A DNA stretch of 58,245 nt from a virus (lineage: Duplodnaviria; Heunggongvirae; Uroviricota; Caudoviricetes): IMG/VR virus record IMGVR_UViG_3300026088_000011. The stretch is one strand, 5' to 3'. Shown here piece by piece: positions 19,394 to 28,874 of the stretch (position 1 is its first letter; every line of letters starts with the position of its first letter). The notes below the pieces were generated by a model that saw only the letters and a program-made list of their open reading frames with translations, did no database searches and was not told the DNA's origin. The position numbers were made by a program, and so were the translations under genes.

Positions 19394-19954
19394 ATGGCAC
19401 AAACAGTATTAATAACATTAAGTATAGCAGGAACAGATACAGGTCCTTTTGATTTATATTCAAATGTAGATGGTTATGTTACCCCATTTGAAACGGGTAT
19501 AAGTAGAGCCTCTCTTTTGGCTGGATATACATCTGTTGTGGTTCCTGATGCAGCTTTTATAATAAGAGTTCAGTCTACTAGTATCGCCTGTCCTAATTTT
19601 ACAGATTTAACTATTGTTACTTCTACCACTACTACCACATCAACTTCTTCTACAACTACCACCTCAACATCTAGTACTACAACCACAACTACAACAGCAG
19701 CTCCTATTGTAACTTATAGTTATTATTTTGCAGATGTGTATGCTTGTCCTGGATGTGCTCCTACTTCTAGTACAATTGTGGCTGTAGTTAATCCTCATAC
19801 TCTCACTGTAAATAAATTCTATTATCAAATAGGTACTATTACAGCTACAGAATGTTACAAAATTACAGGTACTGGAGCACCTGCTGGTCCTTATCCAATT
19901 ATGGAGTATACTGCTCCATCTAATACTTGTGCGTTTGCTTGTATTGTTGCATAA
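19394..19954 (+). CDS. Small Ig-like domain + 26-residue Thr/Ser tract + Cys-rich domain; putative virion decoration
   Basis: 186 aa; TSTTTTTSTSSTTTTSTSSTTTTTTT linker; N-domain paralogous to the N-terminus of 19969. Confidence 0.7.
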   Translation: MAQTVLITLSIAGTDTGPFDLYSNVDGYVTPFETGISRASLLAGYTSVVVPDAAFIIRVQSTSIACPNFTDLTIVTSTTTTTSTSSTTTTSTSSTTTTTTTAAPIVTYSYYFADVYACPGCAPTSSTIVAVVNPHTLTVNKFYYQIGTITATECYKITGTGAPAGPYPIMEYTAPSNTCAFACIVA

Positions 19955-19968
19955 ATAAATGAATCAAT

Positions 19969-20841
19969 ATGGCTAAAACTATCATCATAAGATTAACAAA
20001 AGCTGGAAATAGAAACACTCTATTTTCCATCTCAGATGATCTTGGTAACATCTTGGATGAAGAAGTGACTAAAAAAGAACTCATTAAAGGAAAATCTTAT
20101 ATAGTGACTGATGAAACATCTGTTATAATTCTTACCTCTTTAAGTAAAAGTTGTTGTAATAAAACTTGGAATATTCCAGTATCTACAATTACTCTTCCTG
20201 AATTAGTAAATTTACAGTTTCAAGAAAAGAATACTACTTCCTTATGGAGGCATCTAACCAATCCTGTACTATATAATAATTTTTATGGATGTGTAGCCCC
20301 TTATGTAATAGAGTATCCTTTTTCCTATCAATATTATGATGAAATTGTACAGAATATAAAAGACTACACTAAGGTTTATAAGTATCTTCCTACAGATGAT
20401 GGAGTGTTCAATTCTAATAGAAAGATACAAACAGATAGTGATTATTTTAATCAGACAGTAATTTACAATGATCAACAATCTTCAGGGATGTTAGAATTGG
20501 TCCCTAAACCTTTAAATAATTTAAAAGCTTATCTATCCTATCCAAAGTACAATACAGAGAGTAAAACCATTCTATTCTCTAAAAGGGATAACTTCTATCA
20601 ATATAATACCTTTTGGGATATTGTAAAAGATAAGCAAGTTCCTTTGTTTATAAACTCATGTGAGTCCTTATCTATTGACAAGGAAGTAAATCAGGATAAT
20701 ATGATATACACTACTAGATCATTTAAGAAATTTCCTATTAGAGCAAAAGATCTCAAAGTAAGAATGTTATTGACAAATAGATCAGATATACATTTAGTCA
20801 GTCAGTTTTTAATTCAATCTTCACAAATAAGCTATTTATAA
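19969..20841 (+). CDS. Putative separately encoded C-terminal part of the muzzle, fused to a small Ig-like domain
   Basis: LWRHL...YNNFYG...PYVIEYPF...RAKDLKVRMLL resembles the recalled C-terminal block of crAss muzzle proteins, which is absent from 14788..19389. Confidence 0.55.
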   Translation: MAKTIIIRLTKAGNRNTLFSISDDLGNILDEEVTKKELIKGKSYIVTDETSVIILTSLSKSCCNKTWNIPVSTITLPELVNLQFQEKNTTSLWRHLTNPVLYNNFYGCVAPYVIEYPFSYQYYDEIVQNIKDYTKVYKYLPTDDGVFNSNRKIQTDSDYFNQTVIYNDQQSSGMLELVPKPLNNLKAYLSYPKYNTESKTILFSKRDNFYQYNTFWDIVKDKQVPLFINSCESLSIDKEVNQDNMIYTTRSFKKFPIRAKDLKVRMLLTNRSDIHLVSQFLIQSSQISYL

Positions 20842-20842
20842 T

Positions 20843-23800
20843 ATGGCAAAGAAAAGTAAACCTAGTCCAGCAAAAGCAAAGGAAATGTTACATAACCCTC
20901 CACATGGGAAACCCTTGAGTGATAAACAACGTAAATACTTTGGTTATCTTTCTAATTTAAATTTAGGAGGTAAAATAGGAAATGAGAATAATAATTCCAC
21001 TCATCTTCCTACAGGATTTGTAGGAGCAGGTTATAATAATATTGGTAGAAATTATAGTCCAGCTTGGGGTGGACAATTTCAGATGGGAGGAAGTCTTCCT
21101 GGAGCTGTAGGATTTACATATGCTAGAACAGGAAGTACGCCTTCTAATGGTAAATATGCTAAGAAAACAAAAGCATCTGCTCAAAATGGAGGATTCTTAG
21201 CATCTGGAGTTTCTGGAGCTAAATCAACAGGACAATTTAATAGCAATAGATTACAGGGATGGAATGTTCCTGTAGATGAAGCTAAATATTTATTCAATGC
21301 TCTTCCTCAGAGGAAAGATGATACAATGGTTCATATTTGGTCACAAGATTCTCCATCTACTTTATTACAAAGAAAATTACATCCTGGAAAACCTGTAGAT
21401 ACGAACACAATATATGGAGATACTACAGCATTAAATCGTCCACAAGGAGCTAATATTAATAACTTTCAAAATGGAGGAATGTTATACTATCAACATGGAT
21501 TAGATTTCAAAACTAAAGGGATGCAAGATGGAGGAACTCTATTTGATGTAAAAGCTTTAAAGAAAAGAAATCAAAAAAGAGATAGTGTAAGAGAAGCTTT
21601 ATATGAGAAATATCCTAAACCTATTGATTATCAAAAGGTTAATAATAAAATGTTAGAGTATTTTCAACAAGAGAAAGCAATTAAAGACGATAAAGGATAT
21701 TGGAATCCTAAAAACAAAGGAAAAGCTGTACAGATAGATTCCAATAAAATTACAATGAATGGTGTTGATCAACCTCTATTGGGAATATCAGATACCAATC
21801 ATATACAAATGATGCAACCTGGGGGTGAATACTCTTTTCACGGTAGTAATGTTACAGAATACCCACTAAATGGAGGAAACCAAAATAAGGGACAATTAAA
21901 GAAATTAAGACAATTAACTGATTTTTCAAACAACAACAATATGGAGCAGGCTAAGGATGGTAAATGGATACAAGGAGCAGTTAATCCAAAACACAAAGGT
22001 TATTGTACACCTATGACAAAGTCTACTTGTACTCCTAAAAGAAAAGCATTAGCTAAGACATTTAAAAAACATCATGGGTTTCATGAAGATGGTGGAACCA
22101 TTGGACAAAATGGTTTAAATCTTAGTCAATACAATACAACAGCTCCTAATTTTGGACCTCCTCAAGGAATGGGTTATCAATCTTTAAATTTAGGTCAACA
22201 ACAACAAGTTTCTCAATATGGAAATTATCAAGCTCCTTCTCCAAATTTAAGTGGGCAAGGAGAAAGTACTATGGGAGCTGGAGGTGGTGGAAATATGATG
22301 GGAGGTATTGGTCAAGGATTGAATGTTGTAGGAGGAGTCATCAAGGGTATTAAAATGTTGAAGCAGGAAAAAGTTCAAAAACAACAAGCTGAACAACAAG
22401 CCAGATTAACAGGTGTAGTAGCACAAGCTTCCGAAACTCGTCCAGAAGCTGTTAAACGTAAATATGTAAGACCTGAAGATATGGCAGTCCAACCAAATCA
22501 AATGTTTCCATCACAAGGAACAGGAACTAATTATCTGTCTGGTAAAAATGGAGTATCTATAGTAGGAGAAATACAAAATACATATGCTCCTAATACATTA
22601 TACACAGATTTAGAATATGAACCTTTGAACGAAAGTGGGAAAGTTAAACAATTTCAAATGGGAGGATTGGTTCAAGGACAAACAGATCAATGGGGACAAT
22701 CTTTAGGTTCATCTATAGGAGGAGGAAATGCTACAGGTACGCCTAATGGAGGATCTCAAGTAGGGTCTTCAATAGGGAGTGGTATAGGTTCTATATTTGG
22801 TCCCGTAGGAAGTATAGTTGGGGGATTTGCTGGAGGAGTAATAGGAGGAGCACTTGATAGAAATGCTAGAAAAATAACACAATTCCAAAAACAAACCAAT
22901 GAAAATACAAATAGAATAGGAATACAACAAGGAGTAAAGAATATACAAACCCAAAATTCCTCATTTATGGAGAATGGAGGATGGCTCTCTCACAATTGGA
23001 ATCCTCAAGTAATTACTAAATTTGGAGATTATACAGCTAAAGAAGTATATAATATTGCTCATGAAGGAATGCATTCTTTAAGAACAGGTGGAAATATTAG
23101 ACAGAATACAAATATGGCTCTAGGAGGAGAATTAAAAATACATGGAGGAGGACATGCTGAATCTATATCTGCTAATCCTTATTTACCAGATGGAGGAGAA
23201 ACAGTGATGTTCAGAGGTAAATCTCACGCTAATGGAGGGATGCCTATTTCTTTTGGAAATAGTCCTGTAGAGGTAGAAGGGGGAGAACCTGCTGTTAAAT
23301 TACAAGATGGTGGTTCTGGAGAAGATAACTTAGTAGTGTTTGGGAATATGAAAATTCCTTCTTATGGAGTAAATGAGATAGGGGATGAAAAAGCTAAAGG
23401 CATGAAATTCAAGAATTATATAGCTAAATTGAGTGAAAAAGAAACTAAACAGAATAAAACAATTACTAAGGGATTAAAACTTATTAATGACACTGATGAT
23501 AGAGATGCTTTTGACCAGCTTAAAATAGCTTCAGGAAAGGCTCTCCTAGAAGGAGGAAACATGAAATTAAAACAAATAGCTGAACAAAAACAAGCAGCAG
23601 CTAATGTTCAAAATGCTATTCTTGAAACAGCACAGGAACATGGATTAGAAAGCGATGCTCTATCTAAAGGGAAAATTAAAAAGGCTAAAATGGGAGCTAA
23701 AATGACATATGCTCAAAATGGTTCAAAATCAGCAGCAAGTAATCTCTTTGAGAATATTTCTCAATGGTTTTCTCCTGATGAAGTAGACAGTCTCACTAAT

Positions 23801-24835
23801 AAAGGGTATCAACCTGTAGCTAATAAAAAGAATATCTTGTTCAAAGATACTCCAGGAACTACAGCTCCTAAAGGTAGTGAGGATTTTAATAAAGCTTTTG
23901 GAAATGCTAGAAAACAAGGATTGAAGAACTTCATTTGGAAAGGGAAACAGTATGGTACACAATTAGCTAATTCATTAAGCCAACGTGATTATGTAGGTAT
24001 TAGAGATCCTTATAATTATAATATCCCCTCTCCAGCAGATGTTTCTGCATACACTCCTCAAGTTAAAGGAGGTCCTTCTATTACAGCTATATCTCCATCT
24101 TCCTCTAAAGATGTCAAGAGTAATTCTAAAGGTGTAGACTATCTAGGAGCAGTAGGTCAATTATGGCCTTATTTTAGACCTACAAATCAAATGGGACTAG
24201 ATCCTAATCAATTATCTGGAGAATACTATGCTCTAGCTAATAATATCCTAGACCCTGTAAATGCTCAAAGATATAGTCCTTTATTAGACCAACCTTATGA
24301 CATTAGTCTTCAGGATCAATTGAATGCTAATCAGGCTGATTTCAATGCCATTCAGAGACAAACAGCTTACAATCCAGCAGCTCAATCAATATTAGCTGGT
24401 CAAAAATATGCTGCCAATTCTCATGTATTGGGAGAACAAACTAGAATCAATCAAGCTAATAAAGCTGGTATTTACTCTAAAAATAGAGATATTCTTAATG
24501 ATGCTCAATTGAAGAATCTGGCTTTATTAGATCAACAATATGTAAGACAGTCTCAAGCTAAGAGTAATACTAAAGCAATTGCTCAGTCTGCTCTTTCTTC
24601 TATTGCTTCTAAAATAGCTCAAAATAAGCTAGAAAACAGAACATTAGGTGTTTATGAGAATCTTTATGGATATAGATATGATAATCAAGGAAGAGCTTAT
24701 AATCTTAATGCTCCTGCTCAATTCAATATTCCTCAGAATTCCAATGAACTTTCAGTGGATCAATTACAATCCCTTATTGATCAAAAAAAGAAAAATAAGG
24801 CTAAAAATGGCTATCTAGTAAAGGCTCTTAAATAA
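20843..24835 (+). CDS. Ejected cargo protein (crAss cargo-1-like), mosaic with repeated xxx-GG motifs and glycine zipper
   Basis: 1330 aa directly after the muzzle; GKSHANGGMPI...VEVEGGE block; about 17 [AFMH]-[QEK]-[NDM]-G-(G)-like motifs; Gly zipper at 22751-22855. Confidence 0.7.
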   Translation: MAKKSKPSPAKAKEMLHNPPHGKPLSDKQRKYFGYLSNLNLGGKIGNENNNSTHLPTGFVGAGYNNIGRNYSPAWGGQFQMGGSLPGAVGFTYARTGSTPSNGKYAKKTKASAQNGGFLASGVSGAKSTGQFNSNRLQGWNVPVDEAKYLFNALPQRKDDTMVHIWSQDSPSTLLQRKLHPGKPVDTNTIYGDTTALNRPQGANINNFQNGGMLYYQHGLDFKTKGMQDGGTLFDVKALKKRNQKRDSVREALYEKYPKPIDYQKVNNKMLEYFQQEKAIKDDKGYWNPKNKGKAVQIDSNKITMNGVDQPLLGISDTNHIQMMQPGGEYSFHGSNVTEYPLNGGNQNKGQLKKLRQLTDFSNNNNMEQAKDGKWIQGAVNPKHKGYCTPMTKSTCTPKRKALAKTFKKHHGFHEDGGTIGQNGLNLSQYNTTAPNFGPPQGMGYQSLNLGQQQQVSQYGNYQAPSPNLSGQGESTMGAGGGGNMMGGIGQGLNVVGGVIKGIKMLKQEKVQKQQAEQQARLTGVVAQASETRPEAVKRKYVRPEDMAVQPNQMFPSQGTGTNYLSGKNGVSIVGEIQNTYAPNTLYTDLEYEPLNESGKVKQFQMGGLVQGQTDQWGQSLGSSIGGGNATGTPNGGSQVGSSIGSGIGSIFGPVGSIVGGFAGGVIGGALDRNARKITQFQKQTNENTNRIGIQQGVKNIQTQNSSFMENGGWLSHNWNPQVITKFGDYTAKEVYNIAHEGMHSLRTGGNIRQNTNMALGGELKIHGGGHAESISANPYLPDGGETVMFRGKSHANGGMPISFGNSPVEVEGGEPAVKLQDGGSGEDNLVVFGNMKIPSYGVNEIGDEKAKGMKFKNYIAKLSEKETKQNKTITKGLKLINDTDDRDAFDQLKIASGKALLEGGNMKLKQIAEQKQAAANVQNAILETAQEHGLESDALSKGKIKKAKMGAKMTYAQNGSKSAASNLFENISQWFSPDEVDSLTNKGYQPVANKKNILFKDTPGTTAPKGSEDFNKAFGNARKQGLKNFIWKGKQYGTQLANSLSQRDYVGIRDPYNYNIPSPADVSAYTPQVKGGPSITAISPSSSKDVKSNSKGVDYLGAVGQLWPYFRPTNQMGLDPNQLSGEYYALANNILDPVNAQRYSPLLDQPYDISLQDQLNANQADFNAIQRQTAYNPAAQSILAGQKYAANSHVLGEQTRINQANKAGIYSKNRDILNDAQLKNLALLDQQYVRQSQAKSNTKAIAQSALSSIASKIAQNKLENRTLGVYENLYGYRYDNQGRAYNLNAPAQFNIPQNSNELSVDQLQSLIDQKKKNKAKNGYLVKALK

Positions 24836-24905
24836 TCATTTCAGTTATACAAGATTAATAATATTCGTTATCCAATTTGGATATAATAATTTCTTTGGTT
24901 AATTT

Positions 24906-24913
24906 TACCTTTC
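24906..24913 (+). promoter_or_regulatory. Possible -7 element upstream of the 24934 gene
   Basis: TAccTTTC(G); no correctly spaced -33 TTTG found. Confidence 0.3.
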
Positions 24914-24933
24914 GAACCAAAACAACTACATCT

Positions 24934-25470
24934 ATGTTAAAATCTGAACCTATACTTCAATATTTTTATGAAGTAATAAAGGATATTCAAATCCCTGAAG
25001 ATCAACAAGTTTCACTTTTAGGAAAATATCACCACCCAAAAGGAAGCTATTCATATAGGGGAGATACTGTAAAATCTCCAAAAGATAATCTGGATGCTGA
25101 ATATTTTAAGAAAATATGTAGTATTAGAGAGGCTTGGAACGGAGATGTTAGAAAGGGAGTAAAAGAATGGCAAGAATATCTAAATGAGATTAATGGATGT
25201 GATTTAAAAGATAGATGGATTGAACAAGCATCTACTCATCCTAAAACTAGAACTGAAGTTATTTTCAAGGAAGTATACGTAGATAGATGGATTCCTACAT
25301 TGTTGGTAGAACGTTTTAAAAAATGGATAAAATCAAAATTTACCAAAAAGGTAAATGATAGGAATGAGGATTATCCAGTAGAAGAAATAGATAGTTATTT
25401 TGAAGAGTTACTTTATAACGAAAACAATTTTCTTTCTAATTGGGATTCGGAAGGTAATTTTAAATATTAA
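24934..25470 (+). CDS. Hypothetical protein (178 aa; start revised from TTG 24877 to ATG 24934)
   Basis: Open frame; ATG preceded by an AACCAAAA leader; no recognisable motif. Confidence 0.6.
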   Translation: MLKSEPILQYFYEVIKDIQIPEDQQVSLLGKYHHPKGSYSYRGDTVKSPKDNLDAEYFKKICSIREAWNGDVRKGVKEWQEYLNEINGCDLKDRWIEQASTHPKTRTEVIFKEVYVDRWIPTLLVERFKKWIKSKFTKKVNDRNEDYPVEEIDSYFEELLYNENNFLSNWDSEGNFKY

Positions 25471-25473
25471 TAA

Positions 25474-26304
25474 GTGGCTTGTATATATAAAATAACAAAT
25501 TTAATAAATGGGAAGTTTTATATAGGAAGTACTATTAGACCTGTTTATATACGAAAATACGAACATTTCTCAGAATTAAGAAAAGGAAAACATTGTAATA
25601 AATACTTACAAAATTCATTTAATAAGTATGGAGAGGTCAATTTTAAGTTTGAGATATTAGAAAGAGTTGAATTTACTAAAGAAACATCCAGATTAGAAAT
25701 GGGTAAACTTATAGTAAATTTAGAATCTGAATATGTTAAAACATTAAATCCTGAATATAACATAGATAGGATTATAGAAACTACAGGTAAAATAGGACAT
25801 ATTTTATCTGAAGAAACTAAACAGAAAATCAAGGAATCTAATAGAAAGAATAGAGAAAATAAACCTTTATCTAAATCAGCATTAGTAAGACTTGATAGAG
25901 AGCTTCGTAGAAAAGAAGGTAGATTATACACTAATCGTCCCTATAATAAAGGTAGTTTAGGTACTAAAAAAGGATGGAAACATACTCCTGAAGCTATTCT
26001 AAAAATAAAAGAGAGGAGTTTAAAAGAGGATAATAAAAAAAGAATAAGAGAAATTCAGAAAATATCTACATTAAATAGGATAGGGACTCATAAATCTGAA
26101 GAAGAAAAATTAAAAACAATGAATAGTAAGTTTGGTAAATCTAGAAAAATAATGATTTATAATAAAGAGGGAGTTTTGATAGACAGTTGTAATTTTTCTC
26201 CAGAAGCTGCAAGAATAACAGGGGTTAAAAGATCTAATATAAGTAATAACTTATGTGGATTATCTAATTATGCTGGAGATTATATATTTAAATATTCTAA
26301 CTAG
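25474..26304 (+). CDS. Free-standing GIY-YIG homing endonuclease (NUMOD3/NUMOD1-like tail)
   Basis: CIYKITNLINGKFYIGST...RKYEH...HCNKYLQNSFNKYG; HILSEETKQKI and KHTPEAILKI repeats; GTG start. Confidence 0.88.
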   Translation: MACIYKITNLINGKFYIGSTIRPVYIRKYEHFSELRKGKHCNKYLQNSFNKYGEVNFKFEILERVEFTKETSRLEMGKLIVNLESEYVKTLNPEYNIDRIIETTGKIGHILSEETKQKIKESNRKNRENKPLSKSALVRLDRELRRKEGRLYTNRPYNKGSLGTKKGWKHTPEAILKIKERSLKEDNKKRIREIQKISTLNRIGTHKSEEEKLKTMNSKFGKSRKIMIYNKEGVLIDSCNFSPEAARITGVKRSNISNNLCGLSNYAGDYIFKYSN

Positions 26305-28874
26305 TGGGAAATTTTACAGATCAACTATTACCGTACACTCCATACATTGCTCAACTTCCAGTTGAACAAATGAAAAATGTTGGCGTCTATAAGCAACAGC
26401 AATATGATCAAGGAGTTGCTAAAATACAATCGCAGGTCGATGATATTGCTGGATTGGACGTAATTAGAGATATAGATAAACAATATCTTCAAACTAGACT
26501 TAATGATCTAGGAAATAATCTAAAGAAAGTGGCAGGTGGAGATTTTTCTAACTTCCAATTAGTGAATTCTGTAGGAGGAATGACTAAACAAATAGTCAAA
26601 GATAAGAATATACAGAATGCTGTAGCTTCTACAATGAGGTATAGGAAAGGTGTAGCAGATATGGATGCTGCTAAAAAGGAAGGTAAATCATCTCCTTCTA
26701 ATGAATGGGATTTTCAAAATCAAGCTTCTCAATGGTTAAGTAATCCTGACATTAAATCAAGCTTCTCAGGAGGATATAATCCTTATACTAATTATAAGAA
26801 GAATGCTTTAGATACAATAAAAGCTCTTACTAAGGATGAATCTATTACAGATGATGCTTTTACTATTGACAGTAAAGGTAATCTTGTAATAGCTGATGCT
26901 ATAGTAAGGAAGAAATTAGCTGGTATAGATCCTGGGAAAATACAACAGGCATTAATGGCTACTCTTACACCTGCTGATTTTAAACAAATGGAGATAGATG
27001 GTAGATATACATATTCAAATGTTTCTCCTGAACAATTTTCTCAAAGTATTAAATCCTCCTATAGAGGTAAAATAGATTTCTATAATGATCAAAAAAGAAC
27101 ATTACAGAATGCTAAAAGCAGTACAACCTCTGTCCTTCAGAAAAACAAACTAGATGAACAAATTGCCTCATTAGACACTGTCATAGGAGGTATATCTAAC
27201 GAGCAAAAGCAAATGGATGATGCTTTAGCTCATGGTAATATAGAAGGCGCAAAAGCTCAATTACATACAAGTAATTTTTTAAACAATTTTTCAAAAGCTT
27301 TCTCTTATACAGAAACCTCTAATACTTATCAAACTAATCCTTTTGCTCAAGCGTCTCAATGGAGAGCTGAACAAGATAGAGATTGGAAAAAGTTCATGTT
27401 AACTTATGAACAAAAGAATAGAGAAATAGACATTCAAAGAGCTAAATTAAAACAAGAAACTACTGGATATGGAGGACTTCCTGGTTCTGTAGATCAATCC
27501 TTGTTACCACATCTAAATATAGATAAAGTGGTAGCTAAAACACAAATAGATCAAAATGCTCTATCTTCTCTGGATGGAGGATTTCTAGGTAAAAAGGGAA
27601 AAGACGAAGAATGGCTTAAACAACAAAGAGATGCTTGGAGTAGAAGTCCTAATGGTGTAGAGGCTGAAGTAGCATATCATTTATCCTCTACAGAACCTCT
27701 TAGAAGGAATGTAGAAGCTAATAAGTCAATGTTAATTGATGCTCAACAATCAGCAGGAAAAGCTTTAGGTATAGGAGATCCTTCTGACTATATTAATAAA
27801 CTTATTCCTAAGAATGCTCCTGATATACACTATACTGATGGGGTTAATCAGTATGTTTACTCTCCTAAAGATTTTGTAGATTATAATAATATTTTATCCA
27901 AATATGTATCAAGTGGCGGTAGTGGAGGAATTGGTGGATATGGAGGAACACTTTTTGATTATAAAAAAGCAAAAGAAGAATTATCTCCAAAATTGTATCA
28001 TTTATTAGAAATACAAGGAACCAGAAAACCTCTTAGTGATGTAGATAAACAATTATTAGGAATAACTCAAAATTATCAACAAATAGTAAATACTCCCAAT
28101 AGAGAAATGTTAGGAAAGATAGAAGAGGTTTCTCAAGAAGAACTAAAGAATAGACTAACCTCTCCTCAAGGAATGGAGTATGGAGTGCCTACAACTAATG
28201 AAGCACAGAAACAATCAATGGGAAACAATCTTGCTAAATTAGCTAACAAAGCAGAATCTCAAAAAGGCAAACTTCCAAATTCTCCTGATTTTAATGTAGA
28301 TAATGCTAGAAAGTTAGCATCTAATCCTGATACACAATACACATTAAAAGTTGTAGAAGGTAGTGAATTTCAACAACCTATGTATGAATTAACAGCTAGT
28401 GGACAAGTAGGTGATAAAAATTTATTTACAAAAGCTTTTATTCCTGTAGAGGATAAATTAGCTATGTTTGGACAACAGTTTGAAGCTGATCCTAGAGTGA
28501 GAAATATTAGACCTTATCAAGAACAAATAAGAAAAATGGGAGGATATAGCACAGCTCTATCCCCTGGAGAATCAACCCACGATAATGCCTATCTATCTAG
28601 TGTAGATTTTCCTAATGTAGGAACATATGGTGTGAAAGCTAATATTGAAACTTTATATCCAGGAAAATATCAAATTAAACTTAGTGTATTTGATCCCACT
28701 AAACAAGTATGGCATGAAAACATTTCATATCCTTCTAGATTAATAAGTGAAAATGCAATATATGATGCTCTCATAGGACTCAATGATAGCGCAATATATG
28801 AGCTAATCAATGAATCTCCTGCTACAGAGAATGATTTAAAACAAGTGAAGAACGCTTCTAAAAAACCTTTTTAA
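26304..28874 (+). CDS. Ejected virion cargo protein upstream of the RNA polymerase
   Basis: 856 aa, helical; N-terminus FTDQ..P..PY..QLPVE.M as recalled for crAss-like cargo proteins; GTG start overlaps the upstream stop. Confidence 0.65.
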   Translation: MGNFTDQLLPYTPYIAQLPVEQMKNVGVYKQQQYDQGVAKIQSQVDDIAGLDVIRDIDKQYLQTRLNDLGNNLKKVAGGDFSNFQLVNSVGGMTKQIVKDKNIQNAVASTMRYRKGVADMDAAKKEGKSSPSNEWDFQNQASQWLSNPDIKSSFSGGYNPYTNYKKNALDTIKALTKDESITDDAFTIDSKGNLVIADAIVRKKLAGIDPGKIQQALMATLTPADFKQMEIDGRYTYSNVSPEQFSQSIKSSYRGKIDFYNDQKRTLQNAKSSTTSVLQKNKLDEQIASLDTVIGGISNEQKQMDDALAHGNIEGAKAQLHTSNFLNNFSKAFSYTETSNTYQTNPFAQASQWRAEQDRDWKKFMLTYEQKNREIDIQRAKLKQETTGYGGLPGSVDQSLLPHLNIDKVVAKTQIDQNALSSLDGGFLGKKGKDEEWLKQQRDAWSRSPNGVEAEVAYHLSSTEPLRRNVEANKSMLIDAQQSAGKALGIGDPSDYINKLIPKNAPDIHYTDGVNQYVYSPKDFVDYNNILSKYVSSGGSGGIGGYGGTLFDYKKAKEELSPKLYHLLEIQGTRKPLSDVDKQLLGITQNYQQIVNTPNREMLGKIEEVSQEELKNRLTSPQGMEYGVPTTNEAQKQSMGNNLAKLANKAESQKGKLPNSPDFNVDNARKLASNPDTQYTLKVVEGSEFQQPMYELTASGQVGDKNLFTKAFIPVEDKLAMFGQQFEADPRVRNIRPYQEQIRKMGGYSTALSPGESTHDNAYLSSVDFPNVGTYGVKANIETLYPGKYQIKLSVFDPTKQVWHENISYPSRLISENAIYDALIGLNDSAIYELINESPATENDLKQVKNASKKPF

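Noticed and set aside
19619-19695. CRISPR array or microsatellite
   Set aside because: The repeat-like DNA is a Thr/Ser-coding tract with mixed codons; no repeat-spacer structure anywhere
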